A stretch of 64,000 nucleotides of DNA from an uncultured Mycoplasmatota bacterium (GCA_900550255.1 URQZ01000005.1:8208-72207); one strand, 5' to 3'; positions 10,490 to 21,924 are shown, counted from the stretch's first letter. Numbers and translations: made by a program. The notes: a model not told the origin generated them from the letters alone.

Positions 10490-11134
10490 ATGGAAAATAA
10501 TAAAGTTTTTGGAAAAGTATTTATGTGGATGTTTATAGGACTTCTAATAACATTTTTAACAGGATATGTTGTATCTTCAAATGATAATATGCTATATAAT
10601 ATATTTTCTGGTGGTACATATTTTATATTAATAATAATTGAATTAGTACTGGTAGTCTATTTGTCAGCTAGAATTCATAAAATGCAAGTTACAACTGCAC
10701 GAATAGTATTTATTTTATATTCATTTGTATCAGGTTTAACTTTTGGAAGTATATTTATAGTATTTAAAATGTCTTCAATAATGCTAATCTTTTTAATAAC
10801 TGCTATTTTATTTGGTATCTTTGCATTAATAGGAAGATTCACAAAATTAGATTTAACTAAGGCTGGTACAATTTTACTTATGATGTTACTTGGTATTGTT
10901 ATTTGTACATTTGTAAACGTATTCTTAAAAAATGATACTTTAGATTTATTTGTTAGTTATATAAGTATTATTGTATTCTTAGGATTTACAGCATATGATA
11001 TGCAAAAAATAAAAATGTTATCTTATGAATTTGATGATGAAGATAAAATAGCTATTATAGGTGCCTTAGAATTATATCTAGACTTTATAAACATTTTTAT
11101 TGATTTACTTAGAATTTTTGGAAAAAGAGATTAA
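10490..11134 (+). CDS. Bax inhibitor-1/YccA family membrane protein
   Basis: Seven predicted TM helices, about 214 aa, typical BI-1 family layout. Confidence 0.7.
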   Translation: MENNKVFGKVFMWMFIGLLITFLTGYVVSSNDNMLYNIFSGGTYFILIIIELVLVVYLSARIHKMQVTTARIVFILYSFVSGLTFGSIFIVFKMSSIMLIFLITAILFGIFALIGRFTKLDLTKAGTILLMMLLGIVICTFVNVFLKNDTLDLFVSYISIIVFLGFTAYDMQKIKMLSYEFDDEDKIAIIGALELYLDFINIFIDLLRIFGKRD

Positions 11135-11169
11135 TATCTTCTTTTTTTTTTGAATAAAATTAGATAGAC

Positions 11170-11198
11170 TTTACAAAAAACGGTAAGTTTGTTATAAT
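11170..11198 (+). promoter_or_regulatory. Candidate sigma-A promoter of rpsF-ssb-rpsR
   Basis: TTTACA (11170-11175), 17-nt spacer, TATAAT (11193-11198). Confidence 0.45.
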
Positions 11199-11265
11199 CA
11201 ATAGCGAGTATTAATTTACTCCTTGCTTCAGATTGAAGCCGATAGACCAAAGGGAGGTGTAAGAA

Positions 11266-11556
11266 ATGAAAAACTATGAAATTATGATTATCGTTAAAGC
11301 TACATTAAGTGAAGATGAAACAAAAAAAGTGATTGATAACTTTGGAAAAGTATTAACTGATAATGGAGCTAAAATTGTTTCAACAAAAGACATGGGACAA
11401 AGAGAACTAGCTTATGAAATTAAAAAAAGTAAAAGTGGTTATTACTATGTTTATGAAATTGAAGCAGCAGATGATAAGGCAATTAACGAATTCGATCGTT
11501 TATCTCTAATTAATGACAGTATACTTCGTCATTTAATAACAAAAATTGAAAAATAA
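11266..11556 (+). CDS. rpsF: 30S ribosomal protein S6
   Basis: Start MKNYEIMIIV and conserved rpsF-ssb-rpsR synteny. Confidence 0.92.
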   Translation: MKNYEIMIIVKATLSEDETKKVIDNFGKVLTDNGAKIVSTKDMGQRELAYEIKKSKSGYYYVYEIEAADDKAINEFDRLSLINDSILRHLITKIEK

Positions 11557-11572
11557 GAAAAGAGGTAGTTAG

Positions 11573-12037
11573 ATGAACCGAGTAATGTTAATAGGAAGAC
11601 TTACGGCAAAACCAGAACTTAGATATACAAGTTCTAATATTCCGTTTGCAAGATTTTCTGTAGCTGTAAATAGAACATTTAGTAATAGTCAAGGACAAAG
11701 AGAAACAGACTTTATAAATGTTGTTGTTTGGAGAAAACAAGCAGAAAATGTATGTAATTTTTTAGATAAAGGTAGCCTAGTTTCGGTAGAAGGTAGACTA
11801 CAAACTGGAAGTTATGATGATAAAGATGGAAACAAAAGATATTCAATGGACGTTGTTGGAGATTCTGTGCAATTCTTAGAAAGTAAAAGTCAAGCACAAA
11901 ATAGATCAAATAATAATGATAATGTTAGCCCATATGATTATCAAGATAATAACTATAACAACGATATAAGCGTGGAAAATGATCCGTTTGCTGATTTCGG
12001 TGATAGTGTTTCAATTGATGATAACTTCTTAGATTAA
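11573..12037 (+). CDS. ssb: Single-stranded DNA-binding protein
   Basis: OB-fold N-terminus [21 protein letters not shown]-rich linker, acidic C-terminal tip. Confidence 0.92.
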   Translation: MNRVMLIGRLTAKPELRYTSSNIPFARFSVAVNRTFSNSQGQRETDFINVVVWRKQAENVCNFLDKGSLVSVEGRLQTGSYDDKDGNKRYSMDVVGDSVQFLESKSQAQNRSNNNDNVSPYDYQDNNYNNDISVENDPFADFGDSVSIDDNFLD

Positions 12038-12051
12038 AAGGAGGAAGAAAA

Positions 12052-12270
12052 ATGGCTGAATTTTATAGAAAAAAGAAAAAAATATGTCAAATGTGTGCTG
12101 GTAAATCAGTTGATTATAAAGATCCAGAAATCTTAAAAAAATATATTAGTCAAGACAAAGGTAAAATTTTACCAAGAAGAATAACTGGAGCTTGTTCAAA
12201 ACACCAAAGACATATTGCTGGTGAAATTAAAAAAGCTCGTTTTATGGCTTTATTACCATTCGTTAAATAA
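12052..12270 (+). CDS. rpsR: 30S ribosomal protein S18
   Basis: Conserved S18 core (ILPRRITG...KHQR) and synteny. Confidence 0.92.
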   Translation: MAEFYRKKKKICQMCAGKSVDYKDPEILKKYISQDKGKILPRRITGACSKHQRHIAGEIKKARFMALLPFVK

Positions 12271-12294
12271 GATGATTGACATCTTATTTTTTTT
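12269..12294 (+). terminator. Rho-independent terminator after rpsR
   Basis: Stem aagat/atctt followed by a T run of 8 or more. Confidence 0.5.
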
Positions 12295-12326
12295 GATATA
12301 ACATATTATTCAGGTGGTCTTGAATT

Positions 12327-13316
12327 ATGGAATATGTTTTAAAAAAGACAGAAACTGGTAAAAAAATAACAGTTAGAATGTTACAAAATAAATTACTTGA
12401 AATGATGAAAGATATTGATAAAATTTGTCAAAAAAATGATATCAATTATTTTTTAGCGGGTGGATCTTGTCTCGGTGCAGTCCGTCATCATGGTTTTATT
12501 CCTTGGGATGATGATATGGATATTGCAATGTCTAGGGTCGAATATAACAAATTTGTTAAAGCTTTAAAAAAGGATCTTGGAGATAAATATGTATTTCATT
12601 GTTACGAAAAAAATAAAAAGTATCCAGTTTATTGGCCAGCAATGAAGATTCGTTTAAAAAACACCTATATAAGAGAAGCTAATAAATTTTTACCAAATCC
12701 TTGTACTGATTCAGATGGAATTTTTATAGATGTGTTCATTTATGATTATATGTCAAATAATCGATTTTTAGATTTTATCTTAAGAATAATTAATACAATA
12801 TTGATGATAGTTTTGGTTTTTTTTGAAAATTTAGGAATTAATTTAATACCAATTAAAGAACTATATCGATTTAATGCAAGAATGTATGGAAAGTTGTGTA
12901 AAAATTCTAAGTATTTTGCAGATGAAATAACTTGGTCTTTCAATCCTTTAAAACCATTTAAATATAAATATTCGGATATATATCCAACTAAAAAAATAAA
13001 ATTTGAAGACACAAGCTTTTCTGTACCTGGTAACTACTGTGAATACCTACGTAAAAATTATGGAGATAATTATATGGAACCGATTTCTGTTGAAAAGCAA
13101 GTGGCTAAACATATTCTAGATATAAACTTAACTTCCTCTTTACCAAATAATAATAAATATAAAAAAATATGGTTGATATATAGAAGAGGAATACAAATTG
13201 GATTAATTATGAATGTTGTATCGTTATTACTATTAAATGAAGCAAGTTTTATATTAAGTGGAATTGGAATAATTATCATATGTTTGGCAATTATGATATA
13301 TATAAATGAAAACTAA
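12327..13316 (+). CDS. LicD family phosphocholine/phosphotransferase-like protein with a C-terminal TM segment
   Basis: LicD motif LAGGSCLGAVRHHGFIPWDDDMDIAM. Confidence 0.75.
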   Translation: MEYVLKKTETGKKITVRMLQNKLLEMMKDIDKICQKNDINYFLAGGSCLGAVRHHGFIPWDDDMDIAMSRVEYNKFVKALKKDLGDKYVFHCYEKNKKYPVYWPAMKIRLKNTYIREANKFLPNPCTDSDGIFIDVFIYDYMSNNRFLDFILRIINTILMIVLVFFENLGINLIPIKELYRFNARMYGKLCKNSKYFADEITWSFNPLKPFKYKYSDIYPTKKIKFEDTSFSVPGNYCEYLRKNYGDNYMEPISVEKQVAKHILDINLTSSLPNNNKYKKIWLIYRRGIQIGLIMNVVSLLLLNEASFILSGIGIIIICLAIMIYINEN

Positions 13317-13336
13317 TCAATGATTAGTTTTTTTTA
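13311..13336 (+). terminator. Rho-independent terminator after the LicD-family gene
   Basis: Near-perfect palindrome aactaatca/tgattagtt followed by a T run. Confidence 0.55.
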
Positions 13337-13368
13337 TTTTCATTTTTTCACTTTTTCATAAAAAAAGC

Positions 13369-13397
13369 TTGCATTTCATACAATATTTTAGTATAAT
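13369..13397 (+). promoter_or_regulatory. Candidate sigma-A promoter of the S10 operon
   Basis: TTGCAT (13369-13374), 17-nt spacer, TATAAT (13392-13397). Confidence 0.5.
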
Positions 13398-13530
13398 TTT
13401 GAATGTGTGGAACGCATTGATGTGTGAGGTTGCCGATACACCAGGTTAAGTTGTTAAGAAAAATAATCTCAATATCGGGTTTTTACACGGAGCGAGTCTA
13501 TACTAGATATAGGCGAAGGGAGGATACAAA
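13398..13530 (+). promoter_or_regulatory. Long 5' leader of the S10 operon (possible autoregulatory leader)
   Basis: About 130 nt between the predicted -10 and the rpsJ ATG. GC-richer than its surroundings, with complementary segments (gtgtgg..cacac-like). Confidence 0.3.
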
Positions 13531-13839
13531 ATGTCAAAAAGCAAAGTAAACATCAAATTGAAAGCTTTTGAACACAAAAGTTTAGACAGTGCATGTGCTA
13601 AAATTGTTGACACAGTAAAAAGAACTGGTGGAGAAGTTAGTGGACCAGTACCACTTCCAACAGAAATTGAAAAGATAACAATTTTAAGAGCTGTTCATAA
13701 ATATAAAGATTCAAGAGAACAATTTGAAAAAAGAACACACAAGAGACTTATTGTTATCAATAATCCAAGTAAGGAAACAATTGATGCATTAACGCATCTT
13801 GAAATTCCGAGTGGTGTTGATATTCAAATAAAGTTATAA
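13531..13839 (+). CDS. rpsJ: 30S ribosomal protein S10
   Basis: Conserved sequence and first position in the S10 operon. Confidence 0.95.
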   Translation: MSKSKVNIKLKAFEHKSLDSACAKIVDTVKRTGGEVSGPVPLPTEIEKITILRAVHKYKDSREQFEKRTHKRLIVINNPSKETIDALTHLEIPSGVDIQIKL

Positions 13840-13856
13840 AATAAGGAGGAAAAATT

Positions 13857-14603
13857 ATGAAAGGAATCTTAGGTCGTAAAATTGGAATGACTCAAGTATT
13901 TACAAAATCTGGTAAATTGATTCCTGTAACTGTTGTTGAAGTTGAACCAAATGTGATAACACAAATTAAAACAAAAGAAAACGATGGTTATGAAGCAATT
14001 CAATTAGGATTTGATACGAAGAGAGAAAAGTTAGCGACAAAAGCTTCAGTTGGAATTACCAACAAAGCAAACACTACACCTAAGCGCTTCTTTAGAGAAA
14101 TAAGAGGTGTGGATGTTAGCAAATATTCATTAGGTCAAGAAGTTAAAGTTGACATCTTTGCCGAAGGAGAAATGGTTGACGTAACAGGTACAACTAAAGG
14201 AAAAGGTTTCCAAGGTGTTATTAAACGTCATGGACAATCAAGAGGACCTATGGGACATGGTTCACATTATCATAGAGGTCCAGGTTCTATGGGAACAATG
14301 AGACCAATGCGTGTTTTTAAAGGTAAAAAATTACCAGGACATATGGGTACATTAACAGTAACTATTCAAAATCTTGAAATCGTTATGGTTGATGTTGAAA
14401 ATAATTGCATTTTAGTAAAAGGTAATGTACCAGGGCCTAAAAAAGGTTTAGTTGTTATTAAAACTGCTGTTAAAAATCCAGGAAAAGTAAATGAAATAGA
14501 AGAATTAAATATTTTAACTACTGAAGAAGTTCCTGCTGAACAACCAGAAAACGTAGCAACTGAAGAAGCTACTGAAGAAACAGTAGAAACTGTAGAAGAG
14601 TAG
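13857..14603 (+). CDS. rplC: 50S ribosomal protein L3 with an acidic C-terminal extension
   Basis: Start [15 protein letters not shown], conserved core, operon order. Confidence 0.95.
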   Translation: MKGILGRKIGMTQVFTKSGKLIPVTVVEVEPNVITQIKTKENDGYEAIQLGFDTKREKLATKASVGITNKANTTPKRFFREIRGVDVSKYSLGQEVKVDIFAEGEMVDVTGTTKGKGFQGVIKRHGQSRGPMGHGSHYHRGPGSMGTMRPMRVFKGKKLPGHMGTLTVTIQNLEIVMVDVENNCILVKGNVPGPKKGLVVIKTAVKNPGKVNEIEELNILTTEEVPAEQPENVATEEATEETVETVEE

Positions 14604-14614
14604 GAGGCAAGAAA

Positions 14615-15238
14615 ATGGCAAAAACATCTGTTTTAAATATTAAAGGTGAAAAAGTAAGCGACATTACTTTAAATGCAGAAGTTTGGGGAATTGTACCAAA
14701 TGATGCTGTTTTATATGATGCAATTACATTAGCAAGAAATGCTATGAGACAAGGTACTCATGATACAAAAACACGTAGTGAAGTAAGTGGTGGAGGAAGA
14801 AAACCATGGAGACAAAAAGGAACAGGACGTGCTCGTCAAGGTAGTACACGTGCTCCACATTGGATCAAAGGTGGTATAGTATTCGGACCACATCCAAGAA
14901 ATTATGATAAAAAAATGAATCGCAAAGAAAGAAGATTAGCATTAAAATCAGCATTAGCTTATAAAAATATTGATAAAGAATTAATCGTTGTTGATAATTT
15001 TAATTTAGAAAATGCTAAAACAAAAGATGCTAAACAAGCTTTAGAAAATTTAAAAGTTTCTAAAAATGTATTAATCGTTGTTAATGAATTAGATGATAAT
15101 ATCATTTTAGCAACACGCAATTTAAAAAATGTTAATTTACTTCAAGCAAATGAAATTAATACATTAGATATAGTTGCTGCTGATAACATGATTGTTACTG
15201 TTGATGCAGTTAAAACAATTGAGGAGGTGCTTGTTTAA
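14615..15238 (+). CDS. rplD: 50S ribosomal protein L4
   Basis: Conserved [19 protein letters not shown] motif. Confidence 0.95.
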   Translation: MAKTSVLNIKGEKVSDITLNAEVWGIVPNDAVLYDAITLARNAMRQGTHDTKTRSEVSGGGRKPWRQKGTGRARQGSTRAPHWIKGGIVFGPHPRNYDKKMNRKERRLALKSALAYKNIDKELIVVDNFNLENAKTKDAKQALENLKVSKNVLIVVNELDDNIILATRNLKNVNLLQANEINTLDIVAADNMIVTVDAVKTIEEVLV

Positions 15239-15516
15239 TGAGTAATTATAGAGATATTATAAAGGCACCAATTATTACTGAAAAAAGTGCTGCTTTAGCT
15301 GAAACAAATACTTATGTATTTAGTGTAGACGTTAGAGCTAATAAAACACAAATAAAACAAGCTATTGAAAATATTTTTGATGTAAAAGTTGAAAATGTAA
15401 ATACAATTAACGTTAAACCAAAGAAAAAAAGAGTTGGACGTTATGCTGGAAAAACAAATAAAGTAAAAAAAGCAATTGTTAAATTAAAAGAAGGAAGTTC
15501 AATCGAACTTATCTAA
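15238..15516 (+). CDS. rplW: 50S ribosomal protein L23
   Basis: Conserved sequence and operon order. ATG overlaps the rplD stop. Confidence 0.95.
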   Translation: MSNYRDIIKAPIITEKSAALAETNTYVFSVDVRANKTQIKQAIENIFDVKVENVNTINVKPKKKRVGRYAGKTNKVKKAIVKLKEGSSIELI

Positions 15517-15534
15517 TAAAATAGGAGGATACGT

Positions 15535-16368
15535 ATGGCTATTAAAAGTTATAAACCGATGACTAATGGTACTCGTGGAATGACTAAGTTAGATTATAGT
15601 GAAGAAATAACTAAAACAACTCCCGAAAAATCATTAGTGGTTACATTAAAGAAAAAAGGTGGTCGTAACAATCAAGGTAAAATTACTGTTAGACATCGTG
15701 GTGGAGGAGCTAAAAGAAAATACCGTATTATTGATTTTAAAAGAGATAAAGACGGTGTTGTTGGAACTGTTTCATCAATCGAATACGACCCAAATAGAAG
15801 TGCTAACATTGCTTTGATTAAATATGCTGATGGAGAAAAAAGATATATTATTGCTCCAAAAGGTATAAAAGTTGGAGATAAAATTGAAAGTGGTGCAAAT
15901 GCTGATATCAAAGTTGGAAATGCATTACCTTTAGAAAATATCCCAGAAGGAACAGTAGTTCATAATGTTGAATTAAAAGCTGGAAAAGGTGGAGAACTTG
16001 CACGTTCAGCTGGAAGTTCAGTTCAAATTCTTGGTCGCGAAGGTAAATATACATTAATTCGTTTAACTAGTGGAGAAGTTCGTAAAGTACTTAGTACTTG
16101 TAGAGCAACTATTGGTGAAGTTGGAAATGCAGATCATGAATTAGTTAATTTGGGAAAAGCTGGTCGTAAAAGACATATGGGTATTAAACCAACAGTTCGT
16201 GGATCAGTTATGAACCCTAATGATCACCCTCATGGTGGTGGTGAAGGTCGTGCGCCTATCGGACGTAAAGGACCAGTTACTCCTTGGGGAAAACCTGCTT
16301 TAGGTTATAAGACACGTAAAAACAAAAAAGCTTCTGACAAGTTAATTGTTCGTCGTCGTAAAAAATAG
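15535..16368 (+). CDS. rplB: 50S ribosomal protein L2
   Basis: Conserved [16 protein letters not shown] motif. Confidence 0.97.
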   Translation: MAIKSYKPMTNGTRGMTKLDYSEEITKTTPEKSLVVTLKKKGGRNNQGKITVRHRGGGAKRKYRIIDFKRDKDGVVGTVSSIEYDPNRSANIALIKYADGEKRYIIAPKGIKVGDKIESGANADIKVGNALPLENIPEGTVVHNVELKAGKGGELARSAGSSVQILGREGKYTLIRLTSGEVRKVLSTCRATIGEVGNADHELVNLGKAGRKRHMGIKPTVRGSVMNPNDHPHGGGEGRAPIGRKGPVTPWGKPALGYKTRKNKKASDKLIVRRRKK

Positions 16369-16384
16369 TGAAAGGATGGTTTAA

Positions 16385-16657
16385 ATGGCTAGAAGTTTAA
16401 AGAAAGGGCCTTATGTATTTGAAGGATTAATGAAAAAGGTCCGTGAAATGAATAAATCTGGTAAAAAATCAGTAATTAAAACTTGGTCACGCCGTTCAAC
16501 AATTTTTCCTGAATTTATTGGACATACATTTGCTGTACATAATGGAAAAGAATTTATTCCAGTTTATGTAACAGAAGATATGGTTGGACATAAATTAGGT
16601 GAATTCTCACCAACTCGTAAATTTGGTGGACATGGCGATGACAAGAAAAAGAAATAA
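16385..16657 (+). CDS. rpsS: 30S ribosomal protein S19
   Basis: Start [10 protein letters not shown], conserved core. Confidence 0.95.
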   Translation: MARSLKKGPYVFEGLMKKVREMNKSGKKSVIKTWSRRSTIFPEFIGHTFAVHNGKEFIPVYVTEDMVGHKLGEFSPTRKFGGHGDDKKKK

Positions 16658-16682
16658 TTAGTTACCAGGAAGGAGGACTAAA

Positions 16683-17015
16683 ATGGAAGCAAAAGCTATT
16701 GCAAAGGGGCTTAGAATTCAACCTCGTAAAGCTCGTTTAGTTATAAATTTAATACGCGGAAAAAGCGTTGAAGAAGCAGATATAATTTTAAGTAATTTAA
16801 ATAAAGAAGCAGCAAGATTAAGTCACAAAGTACTTACTTCAGCTGTTGCTAATGCTGAAAACAATTTAGGATTAGATAAAACAAAATTATATGTAAAAGA
16901 GGCCTATGTTAATGAAGGTCAAACAATGAAAAGAATTAAATTTGGTTCACGTGGACACGTAGATCCAATTAAAAAAAGAACAAGCCATATAACAATTGTT
17001 GTTGGTGAAAAATAG
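16683..17015 (+). CDS. rplV: 50S ribosomal protein L22
   Basis: Conserved sequence and operon order. Confidence 0.95.
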   Translation: MEAKAIAKGLRIQPRKARLVINLIRGKSVEEADIILSNLNKEAARLSHKVLTSAVANAENNLGLDKTKLYVKEAYVNEGQTMKRIKFGSRGHVDPIKKRTSHITIVVGEK

Positions 17016-17031
17016 ATAAGGAGGTAAACTG

Positions 17032-17709
17032 ATGGGTCAAAAAGTTAGTCCAGTCGGACTTAGAATCGGTATTAATAAAACTTGGGAATCTAAATGGTAT
17101 GCAGGAAATAAAGATTTTTCTAAATTTTTAAATAAAGATGTTAAAATACGTAGATATTTAGAGAAAAAGTTAAAAGACGCAGCAGTTTCAAGTATATTAA
17201 TTGAAAGAAACGCTACTAAGACTGATGTAATTATAAATACTGCTAAACCAGGAGTAGTAATCGGTCATGGTGGAGATGAAATTGAAAAATTAAAAAAAGA
17301 ATTATCAAAATTAGTTGATGAAAATATTCAAATTTCTATTATGGAAATTAAAAACCCTGATGTTGTTGCTGCATTAGTTGCAGAAAATATTGCTCATCAA
17401 ATTGAAAATCGTGTTTCATTTAGAATTGCTCAAAAAAGAGCTATTAGAAATGCAATGAAAGCTGGGGCAAAAGGTATTAAAACTTCTGTTTCAGGACGTT
17501 TAGGTGGAGCAGATATGGCGAGAACTGAAGGTTATACAGAAGGAAATATTCCACTTCATACTTTAAGAGCTGATATTGATTATGCTCATAAAGAAGCAGA
17601 TACTACATATGGAAAAATCGGTGTAAAAGTATGGATTTATAAAGGAGAAATCCTTCCTGGAAAAGATAAGGGAGGTAAGAAAAATGGCGCTAATACCAAA
17701 GAGAACTAA
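17032..17709 (+). CDS. rpsC: 30S ribosomal protein S3
   Basis: Start [15 protein letters not shown] domain. Confidence 0.95.
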   Translation: MGQKVSPVGLRIGINKTWESKWYAGNKDFSKFLNKDVKIRRYLEKKLKDAAVSSILIERNATKTDVIINTAKPGVVIGHGGDEIEKLKKELSKLVDENIQISIMEIKNPDVVAALVAENIAHQIENRVSFRIAQKRAIRNAMKAGAKGIKTSVSGRLGGADMARTEGYTEGNIPLHTLRADIDYAHKEADTTYGKIGVKVWIYKGEILPGKDKGGKKNGANTKEN

Positions 17710-18115
17710 ATATAGAAGACCACATAGATTACGTTATGACGGTGTAGCTAAAGGTAATACAAAAGTTAATTTTGGTGAATATGGGCTTATGGCAATGGAA
17801 GGTGCTTGGATTACTCAAAATCAAATAGAAGCAGCTCGTGTTGCTATGACACGTTATATGAAACGTGGTGGAAAAGTATGGATAAACATTTTCCCTCATC
17901 TTTCATTAACAAAAATACCTCTAGAAACTCGTATGGGTAAAGGTAAAGGTCAACCTGAAAAATGGGTAGCAGTAGTTAAAAAAGGAAAAGTTATGTTTGA
18001 AATAGCTGGAGTAAGTGAAGAAGTAGCACGTGAAGCATTAAGACTTGCTATGCACAAACTTCCAATCAAATGTAAATTTGTAACAAGAGAAAGTGGTGAT
18101 TCAAGTGAAAAATAG
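17684..18115 (+). CDS. rplP: 50S ribosomal protein L16
   Basis: Start [12 protein letters not shown]. The 26-nt overlap with the rpsC tail is preceded by a GGGAGG SD. Confidence 0.95.
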   Translation: MALIPKRTKYRRPHRLRYDGVAKGNTKVNFGEYGLMAMEGAWITQNQIEAARVAMTRYMKRGGKVWINIFPHLSLTKIPLETRMGKGKGQPEKWVAVVKKGKVMFEIAGVSEEVAREALRLAMHKLPIKCKFVTRESGDSSEK

Positions 18116-18308
18116 TGAAATAAGAGAATTAACTAACGAAGAAATCACAAAAAAAATTGATGAATGTAAAGAAGAATTATTTAATTTACGTTTTAGTCAA
18201 GCAACAGGAAATCTTGAAAAACCATCAAGAATTAAAGAACTTAGAAAATTAGTTGCACGTATGAAAACTATTTTAAGAGAACGTGAACTTGGAATGGAGG
18301 AAAAATAA
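18105..18308 (+). CDS. rpmC: 50S ribosomal protein L29
   Basis: The GTG at 18105 gives [10 protein letters not shown]..., which aligns to L29 N-termini. The track start at 18093 is probably too early. Confidence 0.9.
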   Translation: MKNSEIRELTNEEITKKIDECKEELFNLRFSQATGNLEKPSRIKELRKLVARMKTILRERELGMEEK

Positions 18309-18568
18309 TGGAAAAAGCTAGAACTCGTGAATTAGTTGGTAAAGTAGTAAGTGATAAGACTGACAAAACAATTACTGTTTTAGTTGAAACTTATAAAAAA
18401 GATCCATTATATGGTAAACGTGTTAAATATTCTAAAAAATATGCTGCTCACGATGAAAAAAATGAAGCGAAAACTGGAGATAAGGTTCGTATTGTTGAAA
18501 CAAGACCAATCTCTAAAAATAAACATTTCCGTCTAGTGGAAATCGTAGAAAAAGCAATTATTCTATAA
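18308..18568 (+). CDS. rpsQ: 30S ribosomal protein S17
   Basis: Conserved sequence and operon order. Confidence 0.95.
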   Translation: MEKARTRELVGKVVSDKTDKTITVLVETYKKDPLYGKRVKYSKKYAAHDEKNEAKTGDKVRIVETRPISKNKHFRLVEIVEKAIIL

Positions 18569-18590
18569 TTGAAGTAGAGGAGGAGAATAC

Positions 18591-18959
18591 ATGATTCAAC
18601 AAGAAAGCCGTTTAAAAGTTGCTGACAACTCTGGTGCACGTGAAGTTAGTGTTATTCGTGTACTTGGTGGAAGCAAAGTTAAAACAGGAAATATTGGAGA
18701 TATAGTGGTTGCTACTGTTAAGAAAGCAACACCTAACGGTACAGTTGGAAAAGGTAAAGTTGTTAAAGCTGTAGTTGTTAGAAGTAAATTTGGTCTAAGA
18801 AGAGAAGATGGATCATATATCAAATTTGATGATAACGCATGTGTAATTATCAAAGATGATAAGAGCCCAGTTGGAACTCGTGTATTTGGACCAATTGCAC
18901 GTGAGTTACGTGATAAAGATTTTATGAAAATTGTATCACTTGCTAAAGAAGTGTTATAA
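18591..18959 (+). CDS. rplN: 50S ribosomal protein L14
   Basis: Start [16 protein letters not shown]. Confidence 0.97.
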   Translation: MIQQESRLKVADNSGAREVSVIRVLGGSKVKTGNIGDIVVATVKKATPNGTVGKGKVVKAVVVRSKFGLRREDGSYIKFDDNACVIIKDDKSPVGTRVFGPIARELRDKDFMKIVSLAKEVL

Positions 18960-18978
18960 CTTTCGAAGGAGGAAGAAC

Positions 18979-19287
18979 ATGAACTTTAAAAAAGGAGATA
19001 AAGTTGTTGTTATTGCTGGGAAAGATAAGACAAAAGAAGGAACTATCATAGAAGTTTTAAGAGATAAAGACAGAGTTGTTGTTGAAGGAATCAATATGGT
19101 AAAAAAACATATTAAACCGAATGGACAAGATGCTGGAAGTATTGAAGAAAGAGAAGCTTCTATTCATGTTTCAAATGTTATGTTGATAGATCCAAAATCT
19201 AAAACAAGAACCAGAATAGGGCATACAACCAATAAAAAAGGAAAAAAGGTTAGAGTTGCAAAAAAATCTAATCAAGAAATTGACTAA
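18979..19287 (+). CDS. rplX: 50S ribosomal protein L24
   Basis: The ATG at 18979 follows GGAGGAAG. KOW motif [14 protein letters not shown]. The track start at 18931 overlaps rplN and is rejected. Confidence 0.93.
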   Translation: MNFKKGDKVVVIAGKDKTKEGTIIEVLRDKDRVVVEGINMVKKHIKPNGQDAGSIEEREASIHVSNVMLIDPKSKTRTRIGHTTNKKGKKVRVAKKSNQEID

Positions 19288-19305
19288 TTGGAAGGAGGGT
19301 ATATT

Positions 19306-19845
19306 ATGAACCGCCTAAAAGAAAAATATACAAAAGAAATTGTACCTAGTTTAAGAGAAGAATTTAATTATTCTAATGTAATGGAAGTTCCAAAGTTAGA
19401 TAAAATTGTTGTTAATATGGGTGTTGGTGATGCAACTAATAATAGTAAACTATTAGAAGCTGCAATAGCTGACCTAGAAATTATTACTGGACAAAAACCA
19501 GTTGCAACTAAAGCCAAAAAAGCAATTGCTGGATTTAAATTAAGAGAAGGTCAAGCAATTGGTTGTAAGGTAACTTTACGTGGAGAAAATATGTATAACT
19601 TTTTAGATAAATTAATTAGTATTACATTACCACGTGTTAGAGATTTTAGAGGAATATCAACTAAATCATTTGATGGTAGAGGAAACTATACATTAGGTCT
19701 TAATGAACAATTAATTTTCTCAGAAATAGAATACGATAACGTTGTAAAAGTGCGTGGAATGGATATTGTTTTTGTAACAACAGCAAAAACTAATGAAGAA
19801 GCACTTGCTCTTTTAAAAGGATTCGGAATGCCTTTTAAAAAGTAA
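19306..19845 (+). CDS. rplE: 50S ribosomal protein L5
   Basis: The ATG at 19306 follows GGAAGGAGGG. Protein starts MNRLKEKY. Confidence 0.93.
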   Translation: MNRLKEKYTKEIVPSLREEFNYSNVMEVPKLDKIVVNMGVGDATNNSKLLEAAIADLEIITGQKPVATKAKKAIAGFKLREGQAIGCKVTLRGENMYNFLDKLISITLPRVRDFRGISTKSFDGRGNYTLGLNEQLIFSEIEYDNVVKVRGMDIVFVTTAKTNEEALALLKGFGMPFKK

Positions 19846-19865
19846 TAATGAATTAGGAGGATATT

Positions 19866-20051
19866 ATGGCTAAAAAGAGCATGATTGTAAAACAATCAAG
19901 AAAACCAAAATTTAAAGTGCGTGAATATACTCGTTGTGAAAGATGTGGTAGACCTCATGCAGTACTTAAAAAATATGGAATTTGTCGTATTTGTTTTAGA
20001 GAACTAGCTTACAAAGGACAAATACCAGGCGTTAAAAAATCTAGTTGGTAA
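19866..20051 (+). CDS. rpsN: 30S ribosomal protein S14, type Z (zinc-binding, 61 aa)
   Basis: CERCGR...CRIC motif and short length. Confidence 0.95.
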   Translation: MAKKSMIVKQSRKPKFKVREYTRCERCGRPHAVLKKYGICRICFRELAYKGQIPGVKKSSW

Positions 20052-20069
20052 TAGATAAGGAGGGATTTT

Positions 20070-20468
20070 ATGGCAATGACAGATCCAATTGCGGATATGC
20101 TTACCAGAATTCGTAATGCAAATCAAATGAGATATTTAGAAGTTGAAGTACCAGCTTCAAATATTAAAACTGAAATAGCTAGAATTTTAAAAGAAGAAGG
20201 TTTTATAAGTGATTATAAAATCAAAAAAAATGATGTACAAGATGTTATTGTTCTAAATTTAAAATATGGACAACATAAAGAACGTGTAATAACTGGACTT
20301 AAAAGAATTTCTAAACCAGGATTACGTGTTTATGCTAAAACTAATGAAATTCCAAAAGTATTAAATGGACTTGGAATCGCTATTGTTTCAACTTCAAAAG
20401 GTCTTATGACTGATAAAGAAGCTAGAAAAGAACAATTAGGTGGAGAAGTTTTAGCTTATATTTGGTAG
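20070..20468 (+). CDS. rpsH: 30S ribosomal protein S8
   Basis: Contains [15 protein letters not shown]. Confidence 0.97.
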   Translation: MAMTDPIADMLTRIRNANQMRYLEVEVPASNIKTEIARILKEEGFISDYKIKKNDVQDVIVLNLKYGQHKERVITGLKRISKPGLRVYAKTNEIPKVLNGLGIAIVSTSKGLMTDKEARKEQLGGEVLAYIW

Positions 20469-20486
20469 AAAGTAAGGAGGATAAAT

Positions 20487-21017
20487 ATGAGTCGTATTGG
20501 AAATAGAATACTTCAAATACCAGAAAAAGTAACTGTATCAGTTGATGGTAATATTGTTAAGGTAACAGGTCCTAAAGGTGAACTTTCTACTGAAATTAAT
20601 CCAAACATAACTGTTAACATTAAAGATAATGAAGTAATTGTAGAAAGAAAAAATGATAATTTCAAAAATTTTCATGGAACTGCAAATGCTCTTATTAAAA
20701 ATATGATTATCGGTGTTACAGAAGGATATCAAAAACAATTAGAAGCAGTAGGTGTAGGTTATCGTTTTGCAGTAGCTGGAAAAACAATTACTGTAAATGC
20801 TGGATACTCACATCCTGTAAAAGTAGAAATTCCTGAAGGAATAACAGTAGAAGCTCCAAGCAATACTGAATTAACAATTAAAGGAATTGATAAGTGTCTT
20901 GTTGGTGAGTTTGCTGCAAACATCAGAAAAATAAGACAACCTGAACCATATAAAGGAAAAGGTATTAGATATAAAGATGAATATATTCGTCGTAAAGAAG
21001 GAAAAAAAGCAGCATAA
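20487..21017 (+). CDS. rplF: 50S ribosomal protein L6
   Basis: Start MSRIGNR and conserved core. Confidence 0.95.
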   Translation: MSRIGNRILQIPEKVTVSVDGNIVKVTGPKGELSTEINPNITVNIKDNEVIVERKNDNFKNFHGTANALIKNMIIGVTEGYQKQLEAVGVGYRFAVAGKTITVNAGYSHPVKVEIPEGITVEAPSNTELTIKGIDKCLVGEFAANIRKIRQPEPYKGKGIRYKDEYIRRKEGKKAA

Positions 21018-21040
21018 TTAAGTAAAGGAGAGTAATACTC

Positions 21041-21403
21041 ATGATTAAAAAAGTATCTAGAAATGAAGTTCGTAAAGCTAGACATGAACGTGTTAGAACT
21101 AAAATCAGTGGAACAGCTGTTGAACCTAGATTAAATGTATTTAGATCAAATGGGAATATTTTTGCTCAAATAATTGATGATGAGGCTGGAGTAACATTAG
21201 CTTCTGCATCTTCAATCGATAAAGAATTAAAACTTGAAAATGGTGGAAATATCGAAGCTGCTACAAAAGTTGGAGAATTACTTGCAAAAAGAGCAAAAAA
21301 AGCAAAAATTACAAAAGTATCCTTTGATAGAGGTGGATACCTATATCATGGACGTGTTAAAGCTTTGGCAGAAGCAGCACGTGAAAATGGATTAGAATTC
21401 TAA
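21041..21403 (+). CDS. rplR: 50S ribosomal protein L18
   Basis: Conserved sequence ending [19 protein letters not shown]. Confidence 0.95.
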   Translation: MIKKVSRNEVRKARHERVRTKISGTAVEPRLNVFRSNGNIFAQIIDDEAGVTLASASSIDKELKLENGGNIEAATKVGELLAKRAKKAKITKVSFDRGGYLYHGRVKALAEAARENGLEF

Positions 21404-21417
21404 AAGGAGGGTAATAG

Positions 21418-21924
21418 ATGGAAACTAGAAGAAGAGCGCCACGCCCAAAACAATATGAAGAAGAAGTAATCAATATTGGTCGTGTTACAAAAGTAACAAA
21501 AGGTGGTCGTCATTTCCGTTTCTCAGCAACAGTAGTTGTTGGAGATAGAAAAGGAAAAGTTGGTCTAGGTACTGGAAAAGCAAATGAAGTACCAGATGCA
21601 ATTAAAAAAGCAGTTCAAGCTGCAACAAAAAACGTTATAAAAGTATCCCTAGTTGATAATAGAACTATTCCTCACGAAGCAATTGGTGTTCGTGGAGCAA
21701 GTCGTGTTATGTTAAAACCTGCATTTGAAGGTACAGGAGTTAAAGCTGGTGGACCAGTTAGAGCCGTACTTGAACTTGCTGGTGTTAAAGACATTTTATC
21801 AAAATCACTTGGTTCAAATACAAAAATTAATATGGCATATGCAACTTTAGAAGCATTAAAATCACAAAAAACAGCAGAAGAAATCGCACGTTTACGCGGT
21901 AAGAAAGTAGAGGATTTAGTTTAA
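21418..21924 (+). CDS. rpsE: 30S ribosomal protein S5
   Basis: Conserved [14 protein letters not shown] motif. Confidence 0.95.
   Translation: METRRRAPRPKQYEEEVINIGRVTKVTKGGRHFRFSATVVVGDRKGKVGLGTGKANEVPDAIKKAVQAATKNVIKVSLVDNRTIPHEAIGVRGASRVMLKPAFEGTGVKAGGPVRAVLELAGVKDILSKSLGSNTKINMAYATLEALKSQKTAEEIARLRGKKVEDLV

Noticed and set aside
15672-15911. Minus-strand ORFs inside ribosomal protein, secY, adk and rpsK genes (15672-15911, 18448-18639, 18596-18853, 19686-19895, 20538-20738, 20759-21085, 21947-22318, 22364-22603, 24014-24205, 25901-26170).
   Set aside because: They lie antisense to highly conserved r-protein genes, with no start context, and their composition mirrors the sense-strand codon bias.
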